From positions 39,122,001 to 39,186,000 of the forward strand of contig NC_043012.1 of assembly GCF_006345805.1 (NCBI RefSeq): a stretch of DNA of 64,000 bases, in the 5' to 3' direction. A program made the translations under genes and the position numbers. The number at the start of each line of letters is the position of its first letter. The first letter of the stretch is position 1. Shown here in pieces: positions 27,315-45,035 of the stretch. The notes below the pieces were generated by a model, which saw only the letters and a program-made list of their open reading frames with translations, did not search any database and had not been told where the DNA came from. This DNA is from Octopus sinensis (taxonomy: Eukaryota).

Positions 27315-28690
27315 AACTTGCTGACTGACACCCAGCATGGATTTCGACCAGGTAGAAGCTGCCTAACACAGCTCCTGCAACACTATGACTGGGTATTAAA
27401 GCAGCTACTAAATGGCTCAAATGTGGACGTGATATATCTCGACTTTGCAAAGGCCTTTGATAAAGTCCACCACGGTATGGTTTGCCACAAACTGCGTGGT
27501 CTCGGCATAGGCGGAAAACTTGGAGAGTAGCTGCACAACTTCCTAAAAGATAGAAGACAGGCAGTTGTGACCAATGGAGCCACCCGCAAGGAAACACAAA
27601 TAACAAGCGGTGTTCCACAGGGCACTGTCTTGAGGCCACTACTGTTCATAGTGGCCCTTTCAGACATGCCCTCAGTTGCTAAGATGGCCACCCTTGCTAG
27701 CTATGCAGATGACACAAAAGTCTCCCACGCAATACAAAACCCTGAAAATATTGCGCATCTGCAACAGGAGTTGGATACAATATACAGGTTTGCTGAGGAC
27801 AACAACATGCAGTTTAACGCAGGTAAGTTCCAGGCCCTGCGCTACAGGCACACAAAGGTAAACGACATGCAGACTGGATACACTGGCCAGGGAAGAATTG
27901 CAATCCCTGAGTCAAAATCATTGCGTCACCTGGGCATTGACATGAGCAATGATGCATCTTTCCAAGTGCATATTACTAATCTGGTGATAAAATGCAGACG
28001 GCTAGCTGGATGGATTCTCCGAACTTTCAGAACAAGAGAGAAGGAGAAACTGATGGTCCTCTGGAAAACTTTCGTCCTCAGCCGCTTGGCCTACTGCTCC
28101 CAACACACAATATAAAACTAACAGCAGAACTCGAAGCAATTCAAAGAAGCTACACAAAGAGATCATCTCAATGCAACATATCAGCTACTGGGAAAGACTG
28201 AATGTATTAAAACTCTTCTCCCTAGAGCGAAGGCGGGAGAGATATGCGGTGATATACATCTGGAAAATCCTGAAAGGTCTTGTCCTAAACTTTGGCATTC
28301 CAAGTTACCACAACCGCAGAACGGGGCGCCACTGCATGGTGCCAAATATTCCAACATCACCATCAAAATACAGGACCAGATACTGCAACAGCTTGGATTT
28401 CAGAGGACCACAGCTCTTTAACATCTTCCCTAAATGCCTGAGAGACTTGCATGGTGTGGATGTGGGTTTCTTTAAAACTAAATTGGATTTCTTCTTGTCG
28501 GGGGTCTCAGATGAATCTACCTCACGACAGGAGACACAGATGCGGGCAGCAGCATTGAACTCCCTTGTTGATCAAGTGCCACGTATCAGAGGTGGATTCA
28601 CATATTAGTGTAGCTCATTCAACGGTGGTGCCCCAGCATAGCCGTGGCATTCGGGCTAAAACATTTTTAAGGATGTAAGGATTTAAGGAT
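27315..28690 (+). mobile_element. 5'-truncated CR1-group LINE, second subfamily
   Basis: QHGFRPGRSCLTQLL, LDFAKAFDKV, SGVPQGTVL, YADDTK, RRRERY, RGPQLFN; clearly homologous to 4228-6290; TAG at 27528 and frameshifts; (TTTAAGGA)n-like tail. Confidence 0.95.
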
Positions 28691-28704
28691 ACATACATAT
28701 ATTT

Positions 28705-29122
28705 GAACGATGTTGAGAATATACCGCCAGCATTGCCCAAACGACCTTAAGTTAACTTCAAAATTCATCCCAGGCTAGGACCACGGGCTATACGTCCCCT
28801 ACCTAATTCAGGATCACAACTGCAACACAAGTTATTTTCCGCAACAGGCCCTGTCCTATTTAAAGTTGTCCCAAAACAGATCAAAGAGGAAAAGGATCCC
28901 TTTACCTTTAAACGGAATCTGGACAAATTTCTTGAAAGAATACCATATAAGTCACCTTTCCTTGACATAACTCACTAAACAAGAACTCCCTTCTCGAGTG
29001 GGCCATTATACCACAAAATTAGACTTTAAAAGGCTTTAGATAATCCTAATAGGTGGTTCTATTAAGTTAGACATGACATGGACCAATTTTTGGTCGAAAA
29101 CATATCTAAATTCTATCTAAGT
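28705..29122 (+). mobile_element. 3' fragment of a third, more distant CR1-group LINE
   Basis: Plus-strand translation HPRLGPRAIRP…GPVLFKVVPKQIK…FKRNLDKFLERIP parallels the GPQLFN…FK.ELD.FL..VPD C-terminus of the other two LINEs; (TATCTAA) tail repeats. Confidence 0.75.
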
Positions 29123-29124
29123 TT

Positions 29125-29178
<54 letters not shown>

Positions 29179-29389
29179 CATACATACATACATACATAAT
29201 AATACATACATACATACATACATGTATGGGATTGTGCGTGGATATGCAATGAAATGACTGAATTCAATATCGCATCAAGAGTTCCGTCTCTTAAGGCAAA
29301 GTGCGATTTATTCAAACAAGGATGTACTTAACGCTTCGTTATTGTCTTCCCTTTTTCGGGGGATGGGGGTCCTCCAAAGAGTGCAGACC

Positions 29390-30150
29390 CATTATCTCCT
29401 GCTCGGTGAATTTTCTACCTCTACTAGTGTAAAATTCTTCCAGGTGTTCTGTTTTACATCTACTTCAGTACCGAAGGTGTGTCCTTTGAATGAAATTCGA
29501 TGCGAATGGAACAGGTGGAAATCTGAAGGCGCAAGATCAGACGAATATGGAGAGTTGGTCAAAAGTTCCAAGAGAAACCCAAGTAACTACTACCGCGTCT
29601 GCAAAGATGTGTGCTATCAGGAATTGCCGTGATGAGAGAGAGTGCCCTCATGAGTATCAAGTGATGGCGACCTCTAGGGCACCAATTCATTTCATTTATC
29701 CATCTAGTCACAATATATACCCGAGTTGACGGTGATGTCCGTGAGAAGAGGGTCTTGAAAGGAAAGCCTTTCCAATCCCAATCCCAAGGTGAAAGCATAG
29801 CCTTCGGGTGAGGATCTCCTTTGGAAGTATTTTTATTTTTATTTTTGTTGGTGGTTCGCTGCATTTCCCCTACGATGGTTTGTGTTTCATATTTTTATAG
29901 GCGATCAATTTCTCTTTCCCTGTCTCCATTTTCATAAAGAAAATGAAAGTCTCCTTTACTCTTCTGTCACGAAGCGAAATTATCTGCATTCAACTAATGT
30001 GTGACGCATCGACTCTGCTGACGTATTCAGGAGGACGAAGATGGTTTTCAACACTCGATTTGGATACTTAGAGAATATCTGGATCAACCTGGTCGTGTAA
30101 AAGGTGTTGGTGTGATTGTTAATTTCAGTTGGCCGGCAAGATCGAACTGC
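29390..30150 (-). mobile_element. Highly decayed mariner transposase relic
   Basis: Minus-strand peptides in the correct order: RSCRPTEI, METGKEKLIAY (cf. TGDEKW), PHPKAMLSPWDWDWKG, HHGNS..HTSLQTR, PYSSDLAPSDFHLF; TIRs not identified. Confidence 0.85.
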
Positions 30151-30307
30151 ATGGTGAACCATCATCTGCGTAAACAGTACATGTCTTCTTGCAGGTTCCC
30201 ACCGCTTTTTTGACTTTCTTCAAAATAAACAAGCATGAGATGCCGATAATGTTCGTTTTGTTGCTTTATATTCAATATAATGCCAAGCACAGAGAATATG
30301 TGTGTAT

Positions 30308-30378
<71 letters not shown>

Positions 30379-30665
30379 TAGTAAATAGTATGTGAACTAC
30401 TAATCTACAATAGACTTTAAAATTGATTTGACAAACAATAAAGTTCACGACGCGCCGTGTACTCTTGTGTAATCTTTCACTCCCCAAAAACAAAATGGCT
30501 GTATTCTTAGGAAGAAAAAAAAACAGACAGAAAGAACGAAAAAAATACACGATAAAGAAAACGAGATAAACTGTGAACCAAGAGAAGAGCTTTGTTTTAT
30601 GTGTATAATATAACATACATACATATATTATATATATATATATATAATAATATATATATATTCAT

Positions 30666-30726
30666 ATTCAGCAAAACTGTCCGACGAACGGGAACGTGAA
30701 ACTCAGAGTAACAGGTTTTGTTGAAT
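30666..30726 (+). ncRNA. Type-I hammerhead ribozyme motif with long stem I (U4C core variant)
   Basis: ATTCAGCAAAACTGT-CCGACGA-ACG-GGAA-CGT-GAA-ACTC-A-GAGT-A-ACAGGTTTTGTTGAAT: 15-bp stem I with one bulge, 3-bp stem II with GNRA loop, GUA cleavage triplet; AATAAA at 30743. Confidence 0.8.
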
Positions 30727-31356
30727 TGGTCTGCTGCTTTTGAATAAAGTATATACATATATATATATAATTATATATATATACATATATATAGTATATA
30801 TAATATGAGAGAGAGAGAGAGAGAGAGAGAGATAGACAGACAGACATGAGTATGTTGTTTTACGACTAGTTTTCACTCTTTCTCTCATATTTTCTTTTCC
30901 TTCTAGCATCCTTTTGATGAAGTTCGCGCGATGATAGCATCAAAACTTCCCCCCACATTTTTAAAGTTTTAGAGTAATGCGAAATATACGAAGACTTGTA
31001 CATCCAATGCTAATGAAAAGAAAAAAACTAAAGCAAAACAACTGACGTTCAAAAAGAATGTATATATGGAATGCATCAAGGTGACGCCTAGTTTAAGAGG
31101 GGAAAAAACAGAGTGAGCGCGTCAGGTTTTTGACCAGGTAGAGGAGTGACGAAGAGTCCGGAGAGAAGGGGGAAATAGTCCAAGAAAACATTGGTGTCAA
31201 TACAAGGATGAAGTGACCAACAACTAATTTTGAGCTCTGTCTGCCTGAGTGTCTGTCTGTCTCTTTCCCTCTCCCTACTTCTCTTTCTCTCTCTCTTTGT
31301 CTCTCTCGTTATATATGTGTGTGTGTGTGTGTGTGCGCGCGCGCGTGTGTGTGTGT

Positions 31357-31642
31357 GGAGGCGTAATGACCCAGTGGTTAGACAGCGGCCTCGCGGTTTC
31401 GATTCCCAGACCTGGCATTGTGTTTATTGAGCGAAAACAACCTAAAGGCTCCACAAGGCCCTGGCAGGGGGGAGGGGGTGATCCTTGCTGTACTCTTTCT
31501 CCACAACATTCTCTCACTCTTTCTTCTATTGGCCTGCTCGCTTAGCCAGCGGGGTGGCGGCATTTCAAGGCTAAAACAATGCGCAGCGCATTGTGACCAG
31601 TGATGTGTAGTAAGATCTAATGATCTGGTCGGTCACGTGATA

Positions 31643-31650
<8 letters not shown>
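31357..31650 (+). mobile_element. tRNA-derived SINE family C
   Basis: A-box-like TGACCCAGTGGTTAG and B-box GTTTCGATTCC; 3' part recurs inverted at 62303-62395. Confidence 0.75.
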
Positions 31651-31682
<32 letters not shown>

Positions 31683-31691
31683 TATATATAT

Positions 31692-31749
31692 AATGGCGGT
31701 GCCCCAGCATGGCCACAGCTCATAAGCTGAAACTAGAATCAATCAATCA
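31692..31749 (+). mobile_element. Extreme 3' stub of a CR1-group LINE
   Basis: AATGGCGGTGCCCCAGCATGGCCACAGCTCATAAGCTGAAACTAGA nearly matches 6215-6260, followed by an (AATC)n tail. Confidence 0.85.
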
Positions 31750-31974
31750 TATATATATATTTGAAAGAATGAGTTGGCTTTTAGAGAGGATAATTGTTAT
31801 TCTAAATTAAAATTACCTACAAAAGAGCCATCTGTACTCATGCTTTCAAGTGTATATAATACTGTACCAAGAACTTTCCCTTTAATATTTTACTATGTGT
31901 GTGTGTGTGTGTGTGTGCGTGTGTGTGTATGTGTGTGTGTATGTGTGTGCGTGCGTATGTGTGTGTTTGTGTGT

Positions 31975-32188
31975 CTGTGTTTGTCCCCCTAGCATTGTTT
32001 GACAACCGATGTTGGTGTGTTTACGTCCCTGTCACTTAGCGGTTCGGCAAAAAAGAGATCGATAGAATAAGTACTGGGCTTACAAAGAATAAGTATCGGG
32101 GTTGATTTGCTCGACTATAGGCGGTGCTCCAGCATGGCCGCAGTCAAACTGACTGAAACAAGTAAAAGAGTAAAGAGTAAAAGAGTAA
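31975..32188 (+). mobile_element. SINE family A, 3' half beginning at the internal (TG)n tract
   Basis: Near-identical to 6930-7128. Confidence 0.9.
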
Positions 32189-32189
32189 T

Positions 32190-37260
<5,071 letters not shown>

Positions 37261-37713
37261 AGTGTGTGTAAGTGTGTTTACGGATGTATGTTGTGTGTGT
37301 GTTTCCATTCGTGTTCAGATATTTGCATAGGTGCCTGTAATTATGTGTATACGGGTGTATATACGGGTGTATATGGCTGTTTTATGATTGCAGTTTAAAT
37401 ATTCGATTGATTCCAACACTTCACGGTTTGTTTTTATTGTTCTTTGTGTTGCTCTTGTTTCTCTTTGATTTTTGTATATTTATGTATTTATATATATTTC
37501 TTTTTTTTTTTATTTTGTAACCTGGTATGAAATAACGTAATCTGGTTAGATCCACGTTCAGCTCAACCGAATCCATTTCCTCTGTCGTCTTCGCCGTCGT
37601 CGTCGTCGTCATCATCACCACCAACCTCCTCCTCATCATCATCCTTATCATCATCATAATCGTCGTTATTATAATTATTATCATTATTGGTTTCAAATTT
37701 GGGAGGTCAATTG

Positions 37714-37763
<50 letters not shown>

Positions 37764-37782
37764 AATAATGATAATTATTATT

Positions 37783-37818
<36 letters not shown>

Positions 37819-37850
37819 ATTATTATTATTATCATTATTATTATCATCAA

Positions 37851-37898
<48 letters not shown>

Positions 37899-37958
37899 GA
37901 TTATTATTATATTATTATTATATTATTATTATTATTATGATTATTATTATTATTATTA

Positions 37959-38010
<52 letters not shown>

Positions 38011-38011
<1 letters not shown>

Positions 38012-38228
38012 GGCAGCTACCTGCCACAATCTTTCGCACGCTGGGCGAAATGCGTAGCAATATTTATTCTGCCGCTACGTTCCGAGTTCAAATTCCGCCG
38101 AGGTCGACTTTATCTTTAATCCTTTGGGGGTCGATTAAATAAGTACCAGTTACGCACTGGGGTCGATGTGATCGAGTTAATCCCTTCCCCCAAATTTGAG
38201 GCCTTCTACTTCTGGGTAGAAAGAGTTA
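38011..38228 (+). mobile_element. SINE family B embedded in (ATT)n
   Basis: GAGTTCAAATTCCGCCGAGGTCGACTTT…AAGTACCAG; (ATT)n on both sides. Confidence 0.9.
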
Positions 38229-38252
38229 TTATTATTATTATTATTATTATTA

Positions 38253-38298
<46 letters not shown>

Positions 38299-39206
38299 CA
38301 GTAGTAGTAGTAGTAGTATTTTTTTTATTGTTGCTGTTGTTGTTATTATTATTTTTATCATTATTACCATCGTCATCATTATGGTCACCAGCATTATTAT
38401 GATCATTATTTGTATTCGAAGGAATGATAGGTTTTAAGACTGAATAAACCTCAGTGTTAAATTTCGCATGTTACCATGGGGAGTACAATCCCCACCTAAG
38501 ATCCCATTCGTGTTCCTCATGAAATCTCTGTCGGCGTTGTAGCCGTTGTTTTCATCGCTACCGATATTATTGATATTGTCGTCTACATTTTCATCCCCAA
38601 TTCAACTGTAATCAAGCAAATCTTATGACAAAAAGAAACATCCAGCCGGGACCACCTTGACCGTATCCACAAAATATATCATGCCAACGAGCCCTGTTCC
38701 TTTCATAAATACACTAAGGTGTCATTTGAAGGTTCTTCATCAGGTCGGGTGATTATTACTTTCTTCCTGCGTTCCCGGTCTTCGTAGACACAGTGGTTAT
38801 CACCTTTTGACCTAATGATCATGCTAATGTAGTGTATTTCATACAGATGAAACAGGGATGAGCAGATAACAGCAACCATCATTTATCTCCTTCAATCAGT
38901 GAAAATTATATGCTTATAAACATGGCTGCCTCTGGTGCTCTTCTCTCTCAGTATTGTCAAGCAGTTGACAGAAGATATTAAAGGAAAATAAAACAAAACC
39001 CCTCCCAAAAATGCTTTTTCGAGAAAGACGTACATAGAACTTTCACAATACAAAATGGTGCTATACAAATACGTCAAAGAATGATTTTCGTCTCCATTAT
39101 GGAGATGTCATACTGGAGATGGGTAATTTCTGTATTTTATTGGTGTTTAGTTATGGTAGAACTTAAGCCAATGCATGTGTGCATGTGTGTGCGTGTGCGA
39201 ATATAC

Positions 39207-39238
<32 letters not shown>

Positions 39239-39423
39239 AGGCTTGTATACGTGTATGCATTTAGGTATATATATGTATATGTGTGAATATGCATATATAT
39301 ATATATTTATTATATATTATATAGAGAGAGAGAGAAGAGAGAGAGAGAGAGATTAACGTATGTATGTAAATATGAATATGTATATGAATATATTATATAT
39401 ATATTAATAATTATTATATATAT

Positions 39424-39461
<38 letters not shown>

Positions 39462-39888
39462 CATGAATATGTATATAAATAAATATATATATATACATAT
39501 ATGCATATATTTGCGTGTGTATACGTATGTATATGTGTGTGGGTGTGAGGATGTGGGTGCGTGAGTATTTAGATGAGAGTATGTACGTAAACGTATATGG
39601 ATATCTATAGAATGAGAATAAGGAAATGATTATTTCGAAAGCATAGAAAACACTCTGGGAACATCATTTGAATTACTGAGAACGTTATCAAAGAAAAGCC
39701 GTCGCCATATTCGCAACACGTGTACCAACTTCCAACAGCCCAACCAGGTATTATGGAATTGGATTAATAAAATAAGGAAGGAAGGGAGCAGGCAACAGTT
39801 ATAATATACAACATTCTGTATCCAATACATTATATTATATCATAGAACCAACATACAGTGACTGGATTTTCTCTACGGAACCACAACA

Positions 39889-39928
<40 letters not shown>

Positions 39929-40589
39929 CGAGGTGGTTCTGGGTGTTATAGATCAACTTAAGGAAAGTCGAAATAATGGTGAATTCCGGAATCATAGAGT
40001 GCGTCGAGTAGAAGAAAGTAGTTTATAGAGAGGTTGGGGATTGTTGAATTGGCTTAATTATGGGGTGGGTGGATTAGCATGTCTTACCTTTCTAGTTATT
40101 GCGCTTCAACATGTTTTTTGCTGTGGTGGTTGTTGTAGCACCAGTCCAGTTCTCACTGAACAGACCAATAGACAAATGTATTTCAGTTGTGACAATTCCA
40201 CCATTCTTGTGCATTACACCTCTTGAAATGCATAACCCAATGTGACCCTCCCTTTTCAATAGGGTGGATTTTCATTTAGCTGTTACGTTTAGAATACTTA
40301 ACCATAAGAAAGTTGTGCGATTGCTGGTGGAAAGAATATAACAAAGACGGCGGACATTTACTTTATTACTACACAAGACGAGATAATGCATAATATTATT
40401 GGCTGTAGTGCTCTTGTTGTTTATTTCCAGGTCAAAATTATGAGGAAAAGCATTCCAGTCATGACCACCCTGTAATTTTAGAGTCTACGACTACATTATT
40501 TCACCTATTATTTTTTTATTTAAGGTGGGAAAACGTGATCAGGGAGTGATTTCACTGCTATCTCTAGCAAATTGATGCACCTCATTGAT

Positions 40590-40665
<76 letters not shown>

Positions 40666-42256
40666 AACTAAGTTGTCAACCGAATCCCTGCAAAAAGAAG
40701 GAACTTAAAAAATGCTGTATTCTTAAACACACAAAAATAACTAAATCACGCACATATCCATACACAGAAATAAACGCACACATAATTTTCTATTTGTTTT
40801 CCATGTTGTGACATTATGTGTTGTAACATTTCTATCTTAGAAGGGTCATAGGGCCAACAAAACACACGCACGGTTGTTGGCAAATTTTTTACAAGAACAA
40901 AGGATACCTTCTCGCGCTCTCCCATCCTTCAACCATCGTTATGTATTTTCCCCAACTTCCCTCATCTTATTTATCTCCACCTTTATCTCTAGTTTTGCTA
41001 TTGCTCCTCCGTAAATGGTTTCTCTGACAATATTCACGAGAATTACTGATATGTTGGGCTACGTGACAAAACCACTTCATTTTTCACGTTTCAGTACTTC
41101 TTAACCATTTTATTACGCTAAAATATTCTGTGTGTATGTGTCTGTCTGTCTGTGATTCGTGTGTGTGTTAGGGGGGGTTATGTCTATGTGTGTCTGTGTA
41201 AGCAAGCAACTAGGAAATTGAGAGATGAAAGAAATCAAAACTTCTGTAGTGGTTAAGTCTGTTTCCTCAACTTCAGTGCCTCCCAACACAAGCAGGTATT
41301 TTTGCTTGACGCTCGGAAAGAACGGAGAAGCTGCTACGGTAATATCTTTGCATATATTTTCGGTGTGCTTACCGACTGATTTCTACTAAGAGGTTGTATA
41401 CATGCTATCAACATCGCAATATCGATAGAATGTATGTATACCAACTATATCTGTGGGCCAACGCTATTATACTACTATACACACACGAAGGGTTCTTCAC
41501 ATTGTTCAGTTCAAATCATAATAATCGCTTATTAAAACAAGTATTAATTCCTTTCCCAAATTTTGGCAGAAAACCACAAGTTCAACATGAGCGCACCATG
41601 AGTATTATTGACTTGAATCTAAACACAACGTGACTGCTCGTTGCTGTAAGGATTCTTCACAAAGCACAAACCAAAATTGGATATCGACGGGATTTTAATT
41701 CAAGATACAAAGAAACCTCACTAATTACTGTAGGACATTCCACTTGATTCTTAGAGTGTGTGTGTGTCACTGCAGAGCGATCACAATACGAACGATATGT
41801 AACAAAGATGGGAGGCTACATATCACAACAACAGCAGTGTTTGTCTTGTAATTATTCTATCGATTTCACAAAGATGAAAGCTAAAGTCAACATCAACAAG
41901 ATTAAACTTAAAAGGTAAAAGGATTTTATACTAAAGTCTGAAAGGCATTTCTTTCCATTATTCCATAGATCCTGAGATCGATACAGTAAGTACCATTCAT
42001 ATATTGGAATTGATCAAATCTATTAGAGCAGTGTCTCGTTCTTGATGGACGTTTAATGAAGTGAGAAATCAATGAAGTGGTTACCTACACACTAAGACGA
42101 GCATTTACTTTCAGAAAAGGCTCCCTACCAACTGTGTAGCAGCGTGGTCCGTTTCAATGTTTATACATGTAAACTACAACAGAGATTCGTCTCTCTTTAT
42201 ACATCTCGTATAGCCCCAGTCGTTTTACAACGGCAATCGTGATAATAATAATAATG

Positions 42257-42327
<71 letters not shown>

Positions 42328-42391
42328 AACAACAACAGCAACGACAGTGATGATGATGATGATGATGATGATGTGGAGGAGGAGGAGGAGG

Positions 42392-42757
42392 ACAAGAGCG
42401 CTAACTTCTGCCAAGGCAGTACCAACATCTTCTCAACGATTAGCCAGAGATGATTTTTTTAAATGAGAATATCTGAAATAAACTCGACTGCTCTCATAAA
42501 CGAGAATACTAAAAATAAACCCGACCGATCTCAAAAATTAAGCAAAAATATAAAAATAAATAAAATTTTTGAAGAACGGAAAAATATTCCAGAGCCCTGG
42601 TCCGGTACCAGATCGAACCTAAATTCTACTCAGTTCATGAGATTTACGAGGTCAAACATCCATAAAAATTTCATCCAAATCCATCCGGCAGTTCTTGAGA
42701 TATCTTGTTCACCACGGACAAACAAACAAACAATACTCTCGCCTTCGCTAATGAAGA

Positions 42758-42762
<5 letters not shown>
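42392..42762 (+). mobile_element. Possible non-autonomous Helentron/DINE-like element
   Basis: AAATTTCATCCAAATCCATCC…TTGAGATATC, (ACAA)n, and a short terminal hairpin ending GAGGTAA; this layout is recalled from such families. Confidence 0.45.
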
Positions 42763-42818
<56 letters not shown>

Positions 42819-42876
42819 TATGAAAAATTAATAATATAGAATAATAATAATAATAATAATAATAAGAATAATAATA

Positions 42877-42911
<35 letters not shown>

Positions 42912-42944
42912 TAAAATAATGAAATAATAATAATAATAATAATA

Positions 42945-42975
<31 letters not shown>

Positions 42976-42993
42976 AATAATAATAATATATAA

Positions 42994-43027
<34 letters not shown>

Positions 43028-43040
43028 TAATAATAATAAT

Positions 43041-43368
43041 AGTGGGAGCATCACAGCCATGTGTTGAGAGGGATTCTTTGGGTTGAATAATTCACCTCTG
43101 AAACATGGGTGGTTCTTTCAACATCCTTAACAACCGTTATTCAGGACCGTTTGATTAGGATTGGGTTACTCACCCAGAAGAAATTCGAACTGGGCCCCAC
43201 CTGCAAGGTCATGTACTGTTTATCTTGATATGAGATCACCATGTCGCGCACATATGGTTGTGATGCATGTGCCTAGTGTACCTTATCAGACGGGTAGTCA
43301 TGATGGTATACTGGGCTTCGTATATTTACACCCCAGGTCACTTGATGGCGTGCACTGCTCTCTCACTC
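43041..43368 (+). mobile_element. (AAT)n-embedded non-coding repeat, partial copy
   Basis: Reverse-complement homolog of 43526-43860. Confidence 0.9.
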
Positions 43369-43416
43369 CATAATAATATAATAATAATAAATAATAATAA
43401 TAATATAATACTAATA

Positions 43417-43462
<46 letters not shown>

Positions 43463-43475
43463 TATTTTATTATTA

Positions 43476-43524
<49 letters not shown>

Positions 43525-43525
43525 T

Positions 43526-44076
43526 GAGTGAGAGAGCAGTTCATGCATCAAAGTGACACTGGGGTAAAATATACGAAGCCCAATATACCCATCATGACTA
43601 CCCGTCTGATGAGGTACACCAGGCACATGCATCACAACCATATGTGCGCGACATGGTGATCTCATATCAAGATAAACAGCACATGACCTTGCAGGTGGGG
43701 CCCAGTTAGAATTTTCTTCAGGTTGAGTAGCCCATCCCGCTCAAACGGTCCCTGAATAAGGGTTGTTTAAGGATGTTGAAAGAACCACCCATGTTTCCAG
43801 AGGTGAACTATTCAAACCCCAAAGATTCCCTCTCAACACATGGCTATGATGCTCCCCTACTACTTCTGCTCGTGATCAGAGATGTACATATCGTCAGCTA
43901 CTAAGGGACATGCTCAACTGGTTAAGGTCAAACAACTGACAAGCAAATCTGTGATATTGAGCAGAATATTTGCTGTAGCCCATATTTTATACCAAGACAA
44001 AACAATGTACATGATTACACTTCCAATCAGTTAAGATCAGAAGCCACGAGAGCCACTGCTGGTACTGCATCAGGGC
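43526..44076 (-). mobile_element. (AAT)n-embedded non-coding repeat, apparently full length (~550 bp)
   Basis: Flanked by (ATT)n on both sides; one end shared with 43041-43368, the other with 52091-52382. Confidence 0.9.
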
Positions 44077-44210
44077 ATTTATTATTATTATTATTATTAT
44101 TATTATAATGAGTTCCTTGCTAAAGTTCTATTTCCTCCAGTCAGAAATTAATCATTTTCCTCTGTTTCCGAGTTTTCTGCTTTCCACCTCGTCACACCTA
44201 AACTCGTATA

Positions 44211-44270
44211 TTCTTTTAATCTTTTACTCGTTTCAGTCATCTGACTGCGGCCATGCTGGACCACCACCTT
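44211..44270 (-). mobile_element. SINE family A tail fragment
   Basis: cttttactcgtttcagtcatctgactgcggccatgctgga. Confidence 0.8.
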
Positions 44271-44479
44271 AACTAGGTGACTGCTGGAGTGCGGCGACGA
44301 CAGCGAGGGCGAGAGCGATCACGTGGGAGCGGACGAGGTGGCGATGGCAGTATATCGAGGATACGCCGGCTGTAAAGGGTGAAGAAGGAGCGTACCCGCA
44401 TTTAGCGATCGCTAAGAAGAAGAAAGCCACAAGAAATTTCCTTCCACCTCGATAATTTTACTCACACACACACACATAT

Positions 44480-45035
44480 ACAAGCCGGGTCTGCTGAGTC
44501 ACTTTGAACTTGGCATACCATATGCTATTTAGAAATATCAAAGGAATCTCCCGCACATCACACATAGTCTGCTTCAAAAACGAGACGAATTCTACTGGAT
44601 ACCGTGGGCCTACATGAACAATGCCTGAAAGAATATCTGAGCTCAAGCTTTACTACTTTACAGTGGTAGATGGTTGCGCTTTCTCGAGCTAAACCATACA
44701 GATATGGTAGTCTAGGATCTGCCAGCGACTGAATTTGTCCGAGATAGTGCATGAAAGTTTGTTAAGTTCATACGAGAGAAACAAAATTTATGTGTCTATA
44801 TTTAACTTTTGTGTTTGTCGTATGTCTGAACTGCTGGCATCTCACCATCAGCGTATAACTTGAAGCGAAATGTGAATTTGGTAAATTTTCAAGCTTCTTT
44901 TGTCACCTGATGAGGCTCTTTTGCACTGGGCGTTACATTGTCTCACAACCACTAAGGAGCGGTGCAGAATAAAGCTGAAACGATTGTTGTGCTAATAAAT
45001 GCTTCTAGTTGCACTCCACCTTTCGTTTTAATCAC
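44480..45035 (+). mobile_element. Decayed 3' end of a Naiad-like PLE
   Basis: Broken peptides NSTG and QW*…SRAKPYRYGS resemble the GIY-YIG C-terminus seen at 61019-61120; followed by a hammerhead, AATAAA and (TG)n. Confidence 0.5.
44904..44991 (+). ncRNA. Type-I hammerhead motif with extended stem II
   Basis: CAC-CTGATGA-GGCT…TTTTGCAC…GTGCAGAA…AGCT-GAAA-CGATTG-TT-GTG; AATAAA at 44994. Confidence 0.7.

Noticed and set aside
43606-43640. CTGATGAG as a further hammerhead core
   Set aside because: No stem II-GAAA follows, and the sister copy reads CTGATAAG at this site.
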